Origin: Nostoc sp.
GTDB lineage: Bacteria; Cyanobacteriota; Cyanobacteriia; Cyanobacteriales; Nostocaceae
Direction: 5' to 3'
Length of the DNA: 64,000 nucleotides
Assembly: GCF_036917235.1 (NCBI RefSeq)
Contig: NZ_JBALDU010000068.1
Location: 3,953 to 67,952, forward strand
Shown here one piece after another: positions 9,954 to 20,809 of the stretch; positions within the stretch are counted from its first letter, which is position 1; every line of letters begins with the position of its first letter. Below the pieces are notes generated by a model, which saw only the letters and a program-made list of their open reading frames with translations, had not been told where the DNA came from and ran no database searches. A program made the position numbers and the translations under genes.

Positions 9954-11036
9954 TTAATGTCCATCATTTGACCAGTGGGGGCGATCGCTAGATAATTTAA
10001 TCACACCGTAAGAACGCCCAACCTGCCATAAAGTAGAATTTTCATAACTCGTTCGTGGCTGATTAATACTAACTGTCGTTCCACTAGCGTTTTTGATATT
10101 TAAGGTTCCTGACCAAGTAATTTCCCAATCAATTGCTAATCTTTGGGTATGACGAGAGGTAAGAACAGGTCGAAAAGCAATATTATAAGCAGACACCATT
10201 TCTTTAGCAGCTTGGACAGAACCAGCATTGGTGTAATGTAGCCAATTAATATCTACATTAGGCATAGGTGGAACATCTTTGGCAGCAATTTCATTATTAC
10301 TAATACGGAAAGCATAGTGCATTAAATAAGCTCGTTCTGAGGGGCGAAATACTGAAGAGATATCAATATTAGCTCCAGCATTTTTTAAAGCTTGCTCAAA
10401 AGCTTGGACTTTTTGACGGAAGGGAGAAGCTAAATCATCAATTAAGTCGCTGTCTGGGAAAAAATTAACCCAGGCTTTTCCACTCAGTCGTTGTCTTAAT
10501 TTTTTGGCGTATTCAGTTATGTTGTCTAAAGCCAACTCCAAATCAATCCCAAGCTTGGTTTTTGTTGTATTAGCAAGCTGTTGAGCTAATTCGGCTCGAA
10601 AATTGATGTCTCTGATTTTATAAGTTTCAGCTAGTCCTTTTGTACTGTTGGTGCCAAAGTCGCCATCAGCTACTAACGGTGGATTCAAACGACCGATCCC
10701 TGTTAAACTTTTTTGTAAATCTTTGATCTCGTTCTCTCCAAAGTTGAGATAGGTTAATAGTTGTTTACCGGCATTGGTATAGATAGCGAAATAAATTGCA
10801 AAACCTTGCTCTAACGCTTTTTTATAAGTAGCAGTATCGACAATTCCCGTTACTGTTAAAGCATTACTAGTCTGATAATCACGAGTTGCTTGAGCTGTAA
10901 TATTCCCAAAATCACCATCAACGGCAGCAATAGGGAAGTCGTAATCTAAAAGAAATTTCTGCCAAGCAGTTACAATTAGCCCTTCGGATTTTTTCTGGAG
11001 AGTCGGAAGTTGCAAAGCTTGAAGTTTAAAGCTCAT
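9954..11036 (-). CDS. Peptidoglycan-binding protein with C-terminal M15-like zinc peptidase
   Basis: DGDFGxxT PG-binding repeats; SRHTQRLAID and DRPHWS motifs. Confidence 0.7.
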   Translation of the reverse strand: MSFKLQALQLPTLQKKSEGLIVTAWQKFLLDYDFPIAAVDGDFGNITAQATRDYQTSNALTVTGIVDTATYKKALEQGFAIYFAIYTNAGKQLLTYLNFGENEIKDLQKSLTGIGRLNPPLVADGDFGTNSTKGLAETYKIRDINFRAELAQQLANTTKTKLGIDLELALDNITEYAKKLRQRLSGKAWVNFFPDSDLIDDLASPFRQKVQAFEQALKNAGANIDISSVFRPSERAYLMHYAFRISNNEIAAKDVPPMPNVDINWLHYTNAGSVQAAKEMVSAYNIAFRPVLTSRHTQRLAIDWEITWSGTLNIKNASGTTVSINQPRTSYENSTLWQVGRSYGVIKLSSDRPHWSNDGH

Positions 11037-11382
11037 AATTTTTCTTGAATGAAACAATTGTTTTCAGTTAATTTTTATGTCACTATTCGTCGTAGAATTT
11101 AAGTTACTACCGCTGCCAATTTGGTATCTCGTACTTCATTAGAGCGATTGGAGTTCAATAAACGCTGTTTTGCCAAACCCACTTTGGATTATAACATCCG
11201 CAGTTATATTAACTTTTCTCAGGAATACTTAAAATAGAAAGTAGCTATAATGGATTGGTTATTTCCACTTCGTTCTAATAACCCGCTCTAATTCCTACCC
11301 TACTAAGAGTTGAGGGTAGGGACTGCCACGATAGGTTCAAAAATCTCTGGCTATAATTACCCAAAATTGTATAACCATAGCG

Positions 11383-11403
11383 TAGGCAAAGCCCGCCGTA
11401 GGC
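11383..11403 (+). mobile_element. 21-nt SDR5-like element in HIP1 site
   Basis: GCG^TAGGCAAAGCCCGCCGTAGGC^ATCGC. Confidence 0.85.
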
Positions 11404-11614
11404 ATCGCTCATCACCCTATATTTAGCGCATCTACCGTTTTGGTCTTTATGTGATATCTTACGGTCAGTCGCTACGCGTAATACGTTAATTAAATTCATC
11501 CTATCAGGTGAGTCTAATGGGTGAGGTACAACAAACACGAAATATTGTACCTTGAGGCTATCAAATGGTTGTTTACCACCCCAGTTTCTCGGCTCAAAAA
11601 TTAGGAAGTAGATA

Positions 11615-12271
11615 ATGACTGTAAACCAAATTATTGGAGATTCAAAAAATAATATTTTTGCAAACCTTGGTAAACATTTTTTTGCCTGGATGATGACTTC
11701 AAGTAGTAGTAAATATGATCAAATTGTCAGCGATCGCAAACGTTCTCTTTTTGCTAATCTCCAAGGTAAAGTGTTAGAAATTAGCCCCAGAACAGGCGCT
11801 AACTTACCGTACTATCCTAAAGATATCCATTGGATAGGAATCGAGCCAAATTCACATACGCATTTTTCTCTCCAAAAACAAGCAGAAAAACTGGGTTTAA
11901 ATATAGACCTCCGCATTGGGAATGCTGAATGGTTAGATGCCGAAGATAACAGCATCGATACTGTTGTTAGTACATTAGTTTTATGCTCCGTGCCGAACAT
12001 AGATTATACATTACAGGCAATTTTAAGAGTACTTAAACCAGGTGGACGCTTCTTATTTATTGAACATGTTGCCGCACCCGAAGGAAGTTTATTGCGACAA
12101 ATACAAAACACAGTTAGTCCAATTTGGAAAGCAATAGGTGATGGTTGTCATCCAGATAGAGAAACTTGGATAGCATTAGGAAAGGCTGGTTTTAGTAGCA
12201 TTCATTATGAGCGATTTGATGCGCAATTACCAATTGTTAGTCCTCATATTATCGGCGTAGCGACAAAATAA
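11615..12271 (+). CDS. Class I SAM-dependent methyltransferase (METTL7-like)
   Basis: VLEISPRTGANL motif I variant; STLVLCSV; LKPGGRFLFIEHV. Confidence 0.85.
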   Translation: MTVNQIIGDSKNNIFANLGKHFFAWMMTSSSSKYDQIVSDRKRSLFANLQGKVLEISPRTGANLPYYPKDIHWIGIEPNSHTHFSLQKQAEKLGLNIDLRIGNAEWLDAEDNSIDTVVSTLVLCSVPNIDYTLQAILRVLKPGGRFLFIEHVAAPEGSLLRQIQNTVSPIWKAIGDGCHPDRETWIALGKAGFSSIHYERFDAQLPIVSPHIIGVATK

Positions 12272-12282
12272 AAGTATGAATA

Positions 12283-12700
12283 TAGCGGTTCTCGCTTGGG
12301 TGAGATACAAGAACCCCACCCCCAACCCCCTCCCCGCAAGCGATGAGGGGACTATGATTAGGAAACGCTATAATACTATGTCGGCTTGATTGCTTATTAA
12401 ACCCGAAGAACCCCACCCCGCAAAAGCTACGCTTTATCTCCCCTCCCCGCAAGCGGCTACGGTGTATATACATCTCTGTACAAACCCAAAATCGTTGGAG
12501 ATCCCCCTAAATCCCCCTTAAAAAGGGGGACTTTAAGAGACTTTTGCCCCCCAATTTATCGGGGGGTTGGGGGGATCAAAAGCCTATGACGCAACTCTAG
12601 AAGACTTGTGTGTACACCGTAGCCCCGCAAGCGGGGTGGGGTGTAATGATTGTGGTTAGCATAACTAATTACCCCCGACTAAAGCTGTCGGGTTTATGAG
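12283..12700. mobile_element. Nested MITE/REP complex
   Basis: Repeated CCCCCTCCCCGCAAGC; inverted GGCTACGGTGTA ... TACACCGTAGCC pair; internal CCCCCTTAAAAAGGGGG hairpin. Confidence 0.65.
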
Positions 12701-12717
12701 GTTTTCCACCAGAGATT

Positions 12718-13674
12718 TTATGGATTCTCGCGCAGGAAAGTATCAATATCATTTAGTTCTTGCTGATTGAGGCGAAAATCTCCAGCACCAATGATTCCTT
12801 CCACCTGCTTAGAATTGCGCCCGCCAACGATCGCCGCAGTCACCGTCGGATTATTTAAAGTCCAAGCGATCGCAACTTCACCTGGAGAGCGATCGTGTTG
12901 TTGACCAATGTGTTGCAACACTTCGACTAGCTTCAGGTTACGAGATAGACGTGGTTCCTGAAATTCACTACTGTTTTTGCGCCAATCATTATCTGGGAAA
13001 TTAGCAACCCGCTCAGGTGTCATCTTTCCTGTGAGCAAGCCAGATTGCATAGGTGAATAAACAATCACACCTATGTTATTTTCCTTACAAAAAGGCAGAA
13101 TTTCCTTTTCTACATCAGGCTTCACCAGTGAATAAGGCGGTTGCAATGACGTAACTGGCGCAATCTCCTGGATACGTTTCAACTGTTCTACATTGAAATT
13201 GGAAACTCCGATATAGCGAACCTTACCCTCATCCTTGAGCTTGGCCAAAGTTGTCCACCCTTCTTCGATATCTGAGTCAGGGTTAGGCCAGTGGATTTGG
13301 TAAAGGTCGATGGTTTCAACGTCTAGTCGGCGCAGACTGGCTTCAACCTCCCGCCGCACAGAATCCGCTTTGAGACTGCGACCAATTTCGCCCTTTTCAT
13401 CCCAGATCATTGAGCATTTCGTAAAAATATAGGGGCGACTAGATCGACCTTTTAGTGCTTTAGCAACAACCTCTTCAGAATGCCCTAGACCATAAATAGC
13501 TGCGGTGTCAATCCAATTAACGCCGAGATCAAGAGCGCGATTGATGGCTGCGATCGATTCCTGGTCATCTTGCTCTCCCCAGCCAAAAGCCCACCCACCT
13601 CCACCAATCGCCCAGGCACCAAAGCCGATTGGGGTAATGTTAAGCTCCGAATTGCCCAGCTGTTTGGTTTGCAT
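12718..13674 (-). CDS. Aldo/keto reductase
   Basis: IDTAAIYG, DLYQIHWP, IGVSNF, YSPMQSGLL motifs. Confidence 0.92.
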   Translation of the reverse strand: MQTKQLGNSELNITPIGFGAWAIGGGGWAFGWGEQDDQESIAAINRALDLGVNWIDTAAIYGLGHSEEVVAKALKGRSSRPYIFTKCSMIWDEKGEIGRSLKADSVRREVEASLRRLDVETIDLYQIHWPNPDSDIEEGWTTLAKLKDEGKVRYIGVSNFNVEQLKRIQEIAPVTSLQPPYSLVKPDVEKEILPFCKENNIGVIVYSPMQSGLLTGKMTPERVANFPDNDWRKNSSEFQEPRLSRNLKLVEVLQHIGQQHDRSPGEVAIAWTLNNPTVTAAIVGGRNSKQVEGIIGAGDFRLNQQELNDIDTFLRENP

Positions 13675-13819
13675 ATCTACCTTTTTGAAGAATTTTAGAG
13701 TCAATTGCTACTTTAAGCTGCAAATATTCTCTCAACAGCTATCTGAAGTATGAATTACTACTAGTGCAAATATGACAGGCGATCGCTCTTGAATGTTGTG
13801 TAATACACAGTACTTGTAT

Positions 13820-14099
13820 ATTAAATGCTCAAATTCTTGCTTATAACTCATCAAAGACAGCAGTAAATGCAATCACAGTTTTATTAGCTGCCGAACTTAA
13901 AGATACCCCGATTAAAATCAATGCTGCCGATCCTGGTTTTACGGCAACTGACATTAACCAATACCAAGGGTATCGCACTGTTGAGCAGGGTGCGATCCCT
14001 ACGGGGGGCTATGCCTACGCAGCAGTGAGACTCGCTACTTTACCTGATGATGGTTCTAGCGGAGGATTTTTTGATGAAAATGGTGTGGTTCCTTGGTAA
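13820..14099 (+). pseudogene. C-terminal fragment of a short-chain dehydrogenase (carbonyl reductase-like)
   Basis: Reads AYNSSKTAVNA...INAADPGFTATD...GGFFDENGVVPW*; N-terminus absent; carries a 21-nt insert. Confidence 0.8.
13997..14017 (-). mobile_element. 21-nt SDR5-like element in HIP1 site, reverse orientation, in-frame
   Basis: GCGAT^CCCTACGGGGGGCTATGCCTA^CGC. Confidence 0.85.
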
Positions 14100-14192
14100 A
14101 AAGTAGAGGGCATTAGGCATGGGTTATTCCCCTTGTCCCATTGCAAGCTACGTGCAGCATCTCGTAGAGAGCGTCATTACGAATTACTAAAT

Positions 14193-15944
14193 TTACCGGA
14201 TATTAACTTCTTGCAAGTAATTTACTTCTTGAAGAGATCCAATCTTAGTAACTGACTTTTTCGGGACAAATAAATTTGTTCTTTTTGCAGAAGCTATCCT
14301 TTGATAGTCAGCTACCACGCGTTGTTTTTGAGTATATTCATTCAATTTGACTTGAGCTTGAGCATAAACTAGAGTATCTTGGGGAATATTTCGGAGAAAT
14401 TTTACAGCCCGATCGAAATCACCAATAGATGCTTTTTTATAGGCTTTCTGTAAAAAGTAGGCCGCTCTGATTTGCCGCTTTCGATTGTATTCAGCTAACT
14501 TGTCTTGAACTAAAGCACCCGCATGACTTTCTTGAGGAATTTGACGCAGATATTGTAAGGCGGCAGAAAAATCTTTTTCGGCGGCTCTTTCATAAGCTTT
14601 TGTTAATAAATCTTGCGTCTGTATTTCAATGTTTACAGATGCTTTCTGAACTATTTTATCTGTTTTAGATTGCCAATATAAAATCTTGGGAACTTTCGCA
14701 GCAGCATGAAGAACATCTGACCATCTGCTCTCATGAAAAGCTAGCTGTGCTATTTCGTATTGCTGTGCAGCTACTTGCCATTGCTCTTGCCATTCTTCAA
14801 TTGTGGCTTGCGCTTCTGGATAAACATTGCTGTGGGAAGGAATTGATTTAGCGAGTGCGATCGCTTCTTCTAAATCCCCTGCTTGATATTCTTTTGTTGC
14901 TTTATATAATGTATCTGTTTCTGAATATGCAGGTGCAGTATTAACTAAAGAATATACACCAAATCCCATCAATAAAGAATTAGCTGCCAATCCTACTTTC
15001 ATTCCCGTTAATAATGGGGATGATTTTCCAGACACAGGATTTTTTGCTACTTCTAGAGAAAATTGAGAATCTCCCTCTAATGTTTCTGATGGCTGAGGTT
15101 CCCAGATTATTTGTTTGAGTACCCGCAGTACTTCACCCGCAGACTGAAAGCGGTCTTGGTGATTATAACGGATCATTTGGCTGAGAACAGCAGCTAGATA
15201 ATCGTTAACTGGCGTGTTTTGAGAACGCCAAAAAATTTCATTAGTAGAAGGATCGGTTTTTAATTGTAGTGGTTCTAGCCCTGTTAAAGCCTGGATAGCA
15301 ATCATACCCAAAGCATAAATATCACTGTTGGGCTGTGTTTGACCAATAAATTGTTCTGGTGGTATGTATCCCAATGAAGTGACGGGAATTCTATAAATGG
15401 GCAATTCTGCACCTATGCCAAAATCGATCGACTGGATTGAGCCAAAGTCAATCATAACTAACTTGTTATCAACAGTACGTCTGATCAAGTTTTCCGGTTT
15501 GATATCGCAATGGATCACGCCTTGAGAGTGGACAAATTCTAGAATACCTAAGACATCTATCAAAAATTCTACAACTTCGCTTTCACTCCACAGACAGCCG
15601 AAATGTTGCTCGATGGGCAATTCCGCAGTTAGCGCATGTCCTTCAATACACTCTTGCACTATATAAAATCGCTCGTTTTCTTCAAAACAGGCGATAAATT
15701 CAGGAATTTGGTCATGGCTTCCTAGAAGCTTGAGGGTTTCAGTTTCAGTCAGAAACAGTAACCTCAACATATCCAAGTAGCCGGATTCGGAACTGCTAAC
15801 TTTAATTTGCTTAATAACGCATTTAGGATTCTCTGGATAATCTACGTCTACAGCAATGTATGTTTGTCCAAACACCCCTGCACCGAGGCTTTGGACAACT
15901 TGGTAACGCCCTTGTAGTAATTTACCGATTATGTGGTGGGTCAT
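14193..15944 (-). CDS. Ser/Thr protein kinase with TM and C-terminal TPR-like helices
   Basis: LGAGVFG, HCDIKPEN, DFG, GYIPPEQ motifs. Confidence 0.92.
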   Translation of the reverse strand: MTHHIIGKLLQGRYQVVQSLGAGVFGQTYIAVDVDYPENPKCVIKQIKVSSSESGYLDMLRLLFLTETETLKLLGSHDQIPEFIACFEENERFYIVQECIEGHALTAELPIEQHFGCLWSESEVVEFLIDVLGILEFVHSQGVIHCDIKPENLIRRTVDNKLVMIDFGSIQSIDFGIGAELPIYRIPVTSLGYIPPEQFIGQTQPNSDIYALGMIAIQALTGLEPLQLKTDPSTNEIFWRSQNTPVNDYLAAVLSQMIRYNHQDRFQSAGEVLRVLKQIIWEPQPSETLEGDSQFSLEVAKNPVSGKSSPLLTGMKVGLAANSLLMGFGVYSLVNTAPAYSETDTLYKATKEYQAGDLEEAIALAKSIPSHSNVYPEAQATIEEWQEQWQVAAQQYEIAQLAFHESRWSDVLHAAAKVPKILYWQSKTDKIVQKASVNIEIQTQDLLTKAYERAAEKDFSAALQYLRQIPQESHAGALVQDKLAEYNRKRQIRAAYFLQKAYKKASIGDFDRAVKFLRNIPQDTLVYAQAQVKLNEYTQKQRVVADYQRIASAKRTNLFVPKKSVTKIGSLQEVNYLQEVNIR

Positions 15945-16158
15945 GACCTGGTTACTCAGTAAGTCCTTTTATCTAGTTTTTCTGACATTCCCTCCTGTTT
16001 CCGGAATACTTTAGAAATAAATAATCAGAGCTTTTGATACTTTAAATACAAGCTAATTTTTTTAAGTATTTTTGCGTAGTAAAAATCTATTTTTTATAAA
16101 AATAGAGTGGACAAGGTTTCAGTCTTGCTCACTCTACTCGGCTATGCTTGCTTCATCC

Positions 16159-16656
16159 TTAGTCTGATACTCGACTCCATGTGGGAGCGATTAACTGCCC
16201 AGCCAATCCTCCTTTTTGACCAATCGCAAAAACCTGGGTTGCTAGGAGTATTCTTCCTTTTTTCTGAGTTTCGGAGATTATAAAATTATATGTCACCGTG
16301 TCAGTAGAGAAAGGGATCGTAGCAACACCAGTACCATTTGTGGCCACCGAATAAGTTCCATTCGCCACCAGGGGAAGATCGTTAATGCTTCTAGAACAAT
16401 TAGGAATCGGATTGCCACACGGTAAGTTCGCTATGAGGTCTACAGTTAGTCCACCTTTTCCATCGAAGGTTATCGGCCCTAAGCTGGCAACATTAGCACT
16501 GTTGTTGACATAGGCATAATTTCCCTCAAGACTGGCCTTTGTGAAAGTCTGAGCGCTATAGGCCATAGCAGACTGAGCAGTGTAGATACCAAATATGACC
16601 AGAATTACCGCCAGTACCTTGAAAATATTCCTCATTTGAGTAGATTTATTTTGCAT
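16159..16656 (-). CDS. Hypothetical secreted protein
   Basis: N-terminal signal-peptide-like segment; beta-rich mature part. Confidence 0.6.
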   Translation of the reverse strand: MQNKSTQMRNIFKVLAVILVIFGIYTAQSAMAYSAQTFTKASLEGNYAYVNNSANVASLGPITFDGKGGLTVDLIANLPCGNPIPNCSRSINDLPLVANGTYSVATNGTGVATIPFSTDTVTYNFIISETQKKGRILLATQVFAIGQKGGLAGQLIAPTWSRVSD

Positions 16657-17273
16657 TTTCCTTACCTCGCTCTAACAACTAAAAATTGAGATTCTCCCGC
16701 TTTGGGGCATGACACAAAAGCTTAAAGACAAGCTCAAGCAAGCACAACCGCTACGTGAAGCGGTTAGCTCTCTTGGCTGCTGTCAGCTATCAGTTGCAAC
16801 AAAGTGCTGTTCTGGCAGGGATAAATACAGGATTTCCCACCAGTCAGATTTTGTAGTAGGCAAACTATTTATGAGACTGTTTTTATCAGTCTAATACCGC
16901 TAATTCGGATGATTAGACAGAAAAAACATCCTTAAATAGGCAATTACACTGTGATTAGTGAAAATACTACCACTATTAGGTGAATTAGACTGCAAAATTC
17001 CGTATTTCTTCCAATTGGTATGACTGGATATTACACATCAAGTAATCAGGTGTAGAGGTATGTTGAACTGTCCGCTGAAACAGTTAAGAAAAAGTTCGTT
17101 TTTTTTGACTGTTAAAGCACAGGAGCGTAATTTCACGTGAGTTCGACGGTTAGTAAACAGCAAAAAGCTTGCTATATATGAAACATAAGAAGTTGGGCAG
17201 GTGTTGCGTGCGATGGCTAAATAATTTAGGACTGCTTAACAGTAAGCACATTTATTTTTGAATTTTCAATTAT

Positions 17274-18827
17274 TTAACTATTGACTTCATCATCATGTTC
17301 AACCACCTCAGATTTATCTTGTAATGGCTTCACTACCCGTGCGATCGCCTCCTGAATAAAAGCTTTAATAAATTCATCTCTGCGATTAATTTGAAACTGT
17401 CGCTGTACAACTTCCGTCATTCCTCCATCACCCCAATCTTGGTCATGGCGAAAATATTCAATAAAACTTTTTCCCGCTATTCGCGTTAAATAAGCTGCTG
17501 TCACACCTTGAATTGCTCTACCAATAATAAAGGTGGCAACATTGAGTTGCAACGCTGTAGATAATAATTGAATTGCTCCTTTGACAATGCCTAAACTAGC
17601 GATGGTTTTCGCTAAAGAAAGGGCTAACTCTCGTCCCCGTTCCATATTCAATTCACAGCCATACACTCTGCCAATTTCCACAACCATTTGAGCATTAACA
17701 GCGGCTGTCGCCAATAAATCTACAACTGGTATCGGCGTCACTGATACCACACCAGCGCCAATCCATTGAAACCGTTCTACGATTTTGTCAGCTTGACGGC
17801 GACGCTGGCCATCAATGAGTTTTCGCGCTTCATCTCCCAATCGCAGAGATTGCAAAAGAATATTATCCGCCACCAAATCTTCGCCTTCGGCACGTAAAAC
17901 AGCAGCCGTGCGCCGCAACAAGGGAACAATATCCGGTTCTGGCTGGAAGGTTTCGCCAGTTTCAAGTTGTGCAGGTTGCGGATTAGCAGCGATCGCTACC
18001 ACATCATTAGTAGCAATAAATCCCCGTACCCGTTGACGCAATCTCGCAAGGATGGATTCTTTATCTTCGTCTGTATATAAATCAGTTTTGTTGAGAACTA
18101 GGAGCGATCGCTTGCCAATTTCTGCCAACCCCCGCAACGGCTCATATTCTGAACGCCGTAAATCATTATCTACTACAAACAAGAGTAAATCTGCTTCTGT
18201 CGCCAGTTCTCGCGCCATTTGTTCGCGTTCCGTTCCCGCCACCCCTGCTTCTAAAATCCCCGGCGTATCTGTAATTAAAATCTTGCGTTCTAATCCCTTC
18301 AATCGCAAACAATAGGTTTCTCCAACCTGAGTTGTACCCATTGGTGCATCCACCTGACCAACCATGCGTCCCATAATCGCATTTACTAGGGAAGTTTTAC
18401 CTGCACTCCCCGTACCAAATACCACTACTTGAATTTCACCCCGTGCGAGGTTGGCTTCAATCTCTCGCGATCGACTTAATAAAGCTTGACGTGTGACTTC
18501 ATCTTGAATTTGTGCTACCTGTTGCCGTACAGCCTGGAGAGTTGTAGAAGCTGCATCAGATTTAGCAGCCGGAATTTGTGCCGCAGTCGCTCGCTTCGGA
18601 TTGCGACGCGATCGCTTTTCCCCGGATCTAATCACCAATACATAATAAACAAAAGCTGCAACCAAGGCTCCAATCAGGATAATCAGCAGCAACAACAGCA
18701 AATTGCCTAGCAACGGCGAATAGGATAATTGCCAATAGAGGCGTGATAGGGAATCAATTAGCCATAGGGCTAGCCCCAAAATGACGATCAGACCGACAAT
18801 CAGCGTTACTATGCGTGACAGAGGCAT
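17274..18827 (-). CDS. YcjF/DUF697 family GTP-binding membrane protein
   Basis: GTGSAGKTS, DTPG, NKTD GTPase motifs; N-terminal TMs; DUF697-like C-terminus. Confidence 0.9.
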   Translation of the reverse strand: MPLSRIVTLIVGLIVILGLALWLIDSLSRLYWQLSYSPLLGNLLLLLLIILIGALVAAFVYYVLVIRSGEKRSRRNPKRATAAQIPAAKSDAASTTLQAVRQQVAQIQDEVTRQALLSRSREIEANLARGEIQVVVFGTGSAGKTSLVNAIMGRMVGQVDAPMGTTQVGETYCLRLKGLERKILITDTPGILEAGVAGTEREQMARELATEADLLLFVVDNDLRRSEYEPLRGLAEIGKRSLLVLNKTDLYTDEDKESILARLRQRVRGFIATNDVVAIAANPQPAQLETGETFQPEPDIVPLLRRTAAVLRAEGEDLVADNILLQSLRLGDEARKLIDGQRRRQADKIVERFQWIGAGVVSVTPIPVVDLLATAAVNAQMVVEIGRVYGCELNMERGRELALSLAKTIASLGIVKGAIQLLSTALQLNVATFIIGRAIQGVTAAYLTRIAGKSFIEYFRHDQDWGDGGMTEVVQRQFQINRRDEFIKAFIQEAIARVVKPLQDKSEVVEHDDEVNS

Positions 18828-19056
18828 GGCTGGGAAAGATTAGTGAGTATTCAGTAGGCAGATGCTTCTAATATTAATAGTTTCGGTATTTTTTACCAGA
18901 GTAGTGAGAAGGAGGCAGAGGGGAGGGGAGCAGGGGAGCAAGGGTGCAGGAGTGCGAAAAAAGAGGCTTTCCCGATAAATCAACAACGCTTACTCCATTT
19001 TTTGCATCTTTAAAAAATTGCAACAATGTAAAAATGCAATTGTCTACATTTGAACC

Positions 19057-20299
19057 TCACACCACTATAAGTGGCGTGATTCCTGCTTCAACGATCTCTG
19101 CCTGAATTACTTCAGGTCTTACAAGTTCTCCACAGGCGTTTAGAGCCTCCGGGATACCCACGGCGGCTATTAACCTCAAGCCCTCACCGAGTATGTTTAA
19201 AGCGGCGTTTGCGTCTCTTAAATTCTCCTTACTGCAAGTAGGGCAAGACCATTCACGCAACTTTAAATCCTTGACTAGTGGATTGATAAAACTACAGCAG
19301 TTGCAAGTCTGAGATGAGGGGTAAAACGTACCAACTTTCTGCACAATTCTGTCATGCCACATAGCTTTGTATTCGAGCATGGTAACGAATTTTGACCAGC
19401 TAGCATCGGAAATACTCGAAGCTAATTTGTGATTCTTCACCATGTTAGCGACTTGTAAATCTTGTCTCCGACACGCTCCGCGAACGATACAGATGATGCT
19501 GTTTTCTTTGATTAAGCGGGTTGACAGCTTATGTAAAAAGTCATCTCTCAAATTCGTAATGCGTTCATAAGTACGAGCCAGCTTGATTTTCGCTTTGACT
19601 CTATTATTACTACTTTTTGCACTACGGGATAGTTCTTTATGCGCTTTACGTACTTTCCTTTTTTGAATTTGGTAATATTTGGGATTATCTACAATTTCAC
19701 CATTGCTTGTAACAAGATAAGATTTAATTCCCAGGTCTAAACCAATATTTTGAGCGACTTGAGAGTGTTTCTCTATCTCTGTTTCACATAGAATGCTAGC
19801 AATATATTTACCTGACGAGGTGCGAGTTATCGTAACGTTTATAATCGTTCCAGTAATATTTTGAGAGTTGTGGAACCTTACCCATCCCATCTTGGGAAGT
19901 TTTAAACGATTTTGTATTACCTGAATGTTGCCGTTAGTCAGGTTGGTTTTGTAAGACTGCTTGGAGACATTCTTCTTTTTGAATTTAGGAAAGCCTATAT
20001 TTTTTTGCCTTTAACTTTCTTGAGTCAGCAAAAAAGTTTTTGTATGCTGTCTCTAAATTCCTAAGTGAGTTTTGTAAGGCGAACTTATCTACATCTTGGA
20101 GCCATTCGACTTCTTTTTTGAATAGAGTTAATCGCTGACTACAAGCGTTATAGCTTAACGTTTTTTGTTCGGTCTGGTACAATTCTTGTTTTAATGCTAG
20201 AAAGTGGTTATATACAAACCTTGCACAACCAATACTCTTATTAATTAAGACTTGTTGGTTATGGTTAGGAATGAGTGTAACTTTAAACGCTTTCTGCAT
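19057..20299 (-). pseudogene. tnpB: TnpB RNA-guided nuclease, frameshifted at an A7 run near 20000 and carrying a 21-nt insert
   Basis: HTH N-terminus; GLDLGIK RuvC-I; PSSQTCNCC and CPTC zinc finger; RDANAALN; split into two ORFs. Confidence 0.88.
19464..19484 (-). mobile_element. 21-nt double-hairpin element inserted in tnpB
   Basis: Minus strand ATCG^TTCGCGGAGCGTGTCGGAGAC^AAGAT; converts ICIEDL into [13 protein letters not shown]. Confidence 0.8.
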
Positions 20300-20687
20300 T
20301 TTGGCTTTCTATGTATTTCTTAACTTGTGCTTCTGTATTTTCGCTAACTGTTGAAACAAAATAACTAGGGTTCCAAAGATGACCTCCCCATAACTTTTCC
20401 TTGAGTTGAGGAAACTTTAAAAACAGTTTCCTGGCCGATATTCCCTTTAGCATTTTGACTATATTCGGAATAGTATGCTGAGGCGTTGCAGATACTAAAA
20501 CGTGAACATGATCTTCTACAACTTCAAGACTCTCGACTTTAAACTTGTAGAGAATTGCCGTCTCAACCAAAGTCTGTTTCAGAAACTCGGCTATTTCATC
20601 TTTCAGTACCTTGTGCCTATATTTAACACACCATACGATATGATACTCAATTGCATAAACGTAGCCTCTACCGTATTTTACTTCCAT
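20283..20687 (-). CDS. tnpA: IS200/IS605 Y1 HUH transposase TnpA
   Basis: [13 protein letters not shown] motif DHVHVL, LWNPSYF, catalytic YIESQ. Confidence 0.95.
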   Translation of the reverse strand: MEVKYGRGYVYAIEYHIVWCVKYRHKVLKDEIAEFLKQTLVETAILYKFKVESLEVVEDHVHVLVSATPQHTIPNIVKMLKGISARKLFLKFPQLKEKLWGGHLWNPSYFVSTVSENTEAQVKKYIESQNAESV

Positions 20688-20809
20688 ACTTTATCTTACC
20701 ATGTGCATGACCATAGTAAGATAAAGTATGGAAATATGGAGCGCCTAACTCGTGACTAAGAGTCATGAGTGTGCGGCTTGCAGAAATCAATATTTTCAGA
20801 AATTTTAGT

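Larger units (their letters stand above)
19050..20785 (-). mobile_element. IS200/IS605-family element (tnpA + tnpB)
   Basis: Left end follows TTGAT (plus strand ATCAA 20786-20790) with subterminal hairpin 20748-20770; right-end hairpin then TTCAA at 19050-19054. Confidence 0.85.

Noticed and set aside
16000-16005. TCCGGA upstream of the kinase as a heterocyst DIF1 promoter
   Set aside because: No convincing matching -10 element at the expected spacing on either strand
16900-17270. Possible IS end or sRNA in the intergenic region (GTGAGTTCGACGG motif)
   Set aside because: No partner inverted repeat or TSD could be established by eye
20765-20809. N-terminal extension of the carotenoid oxygenase
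   Set aside because: The ATG lies inside the IS605 left end; native start is more likely 20810
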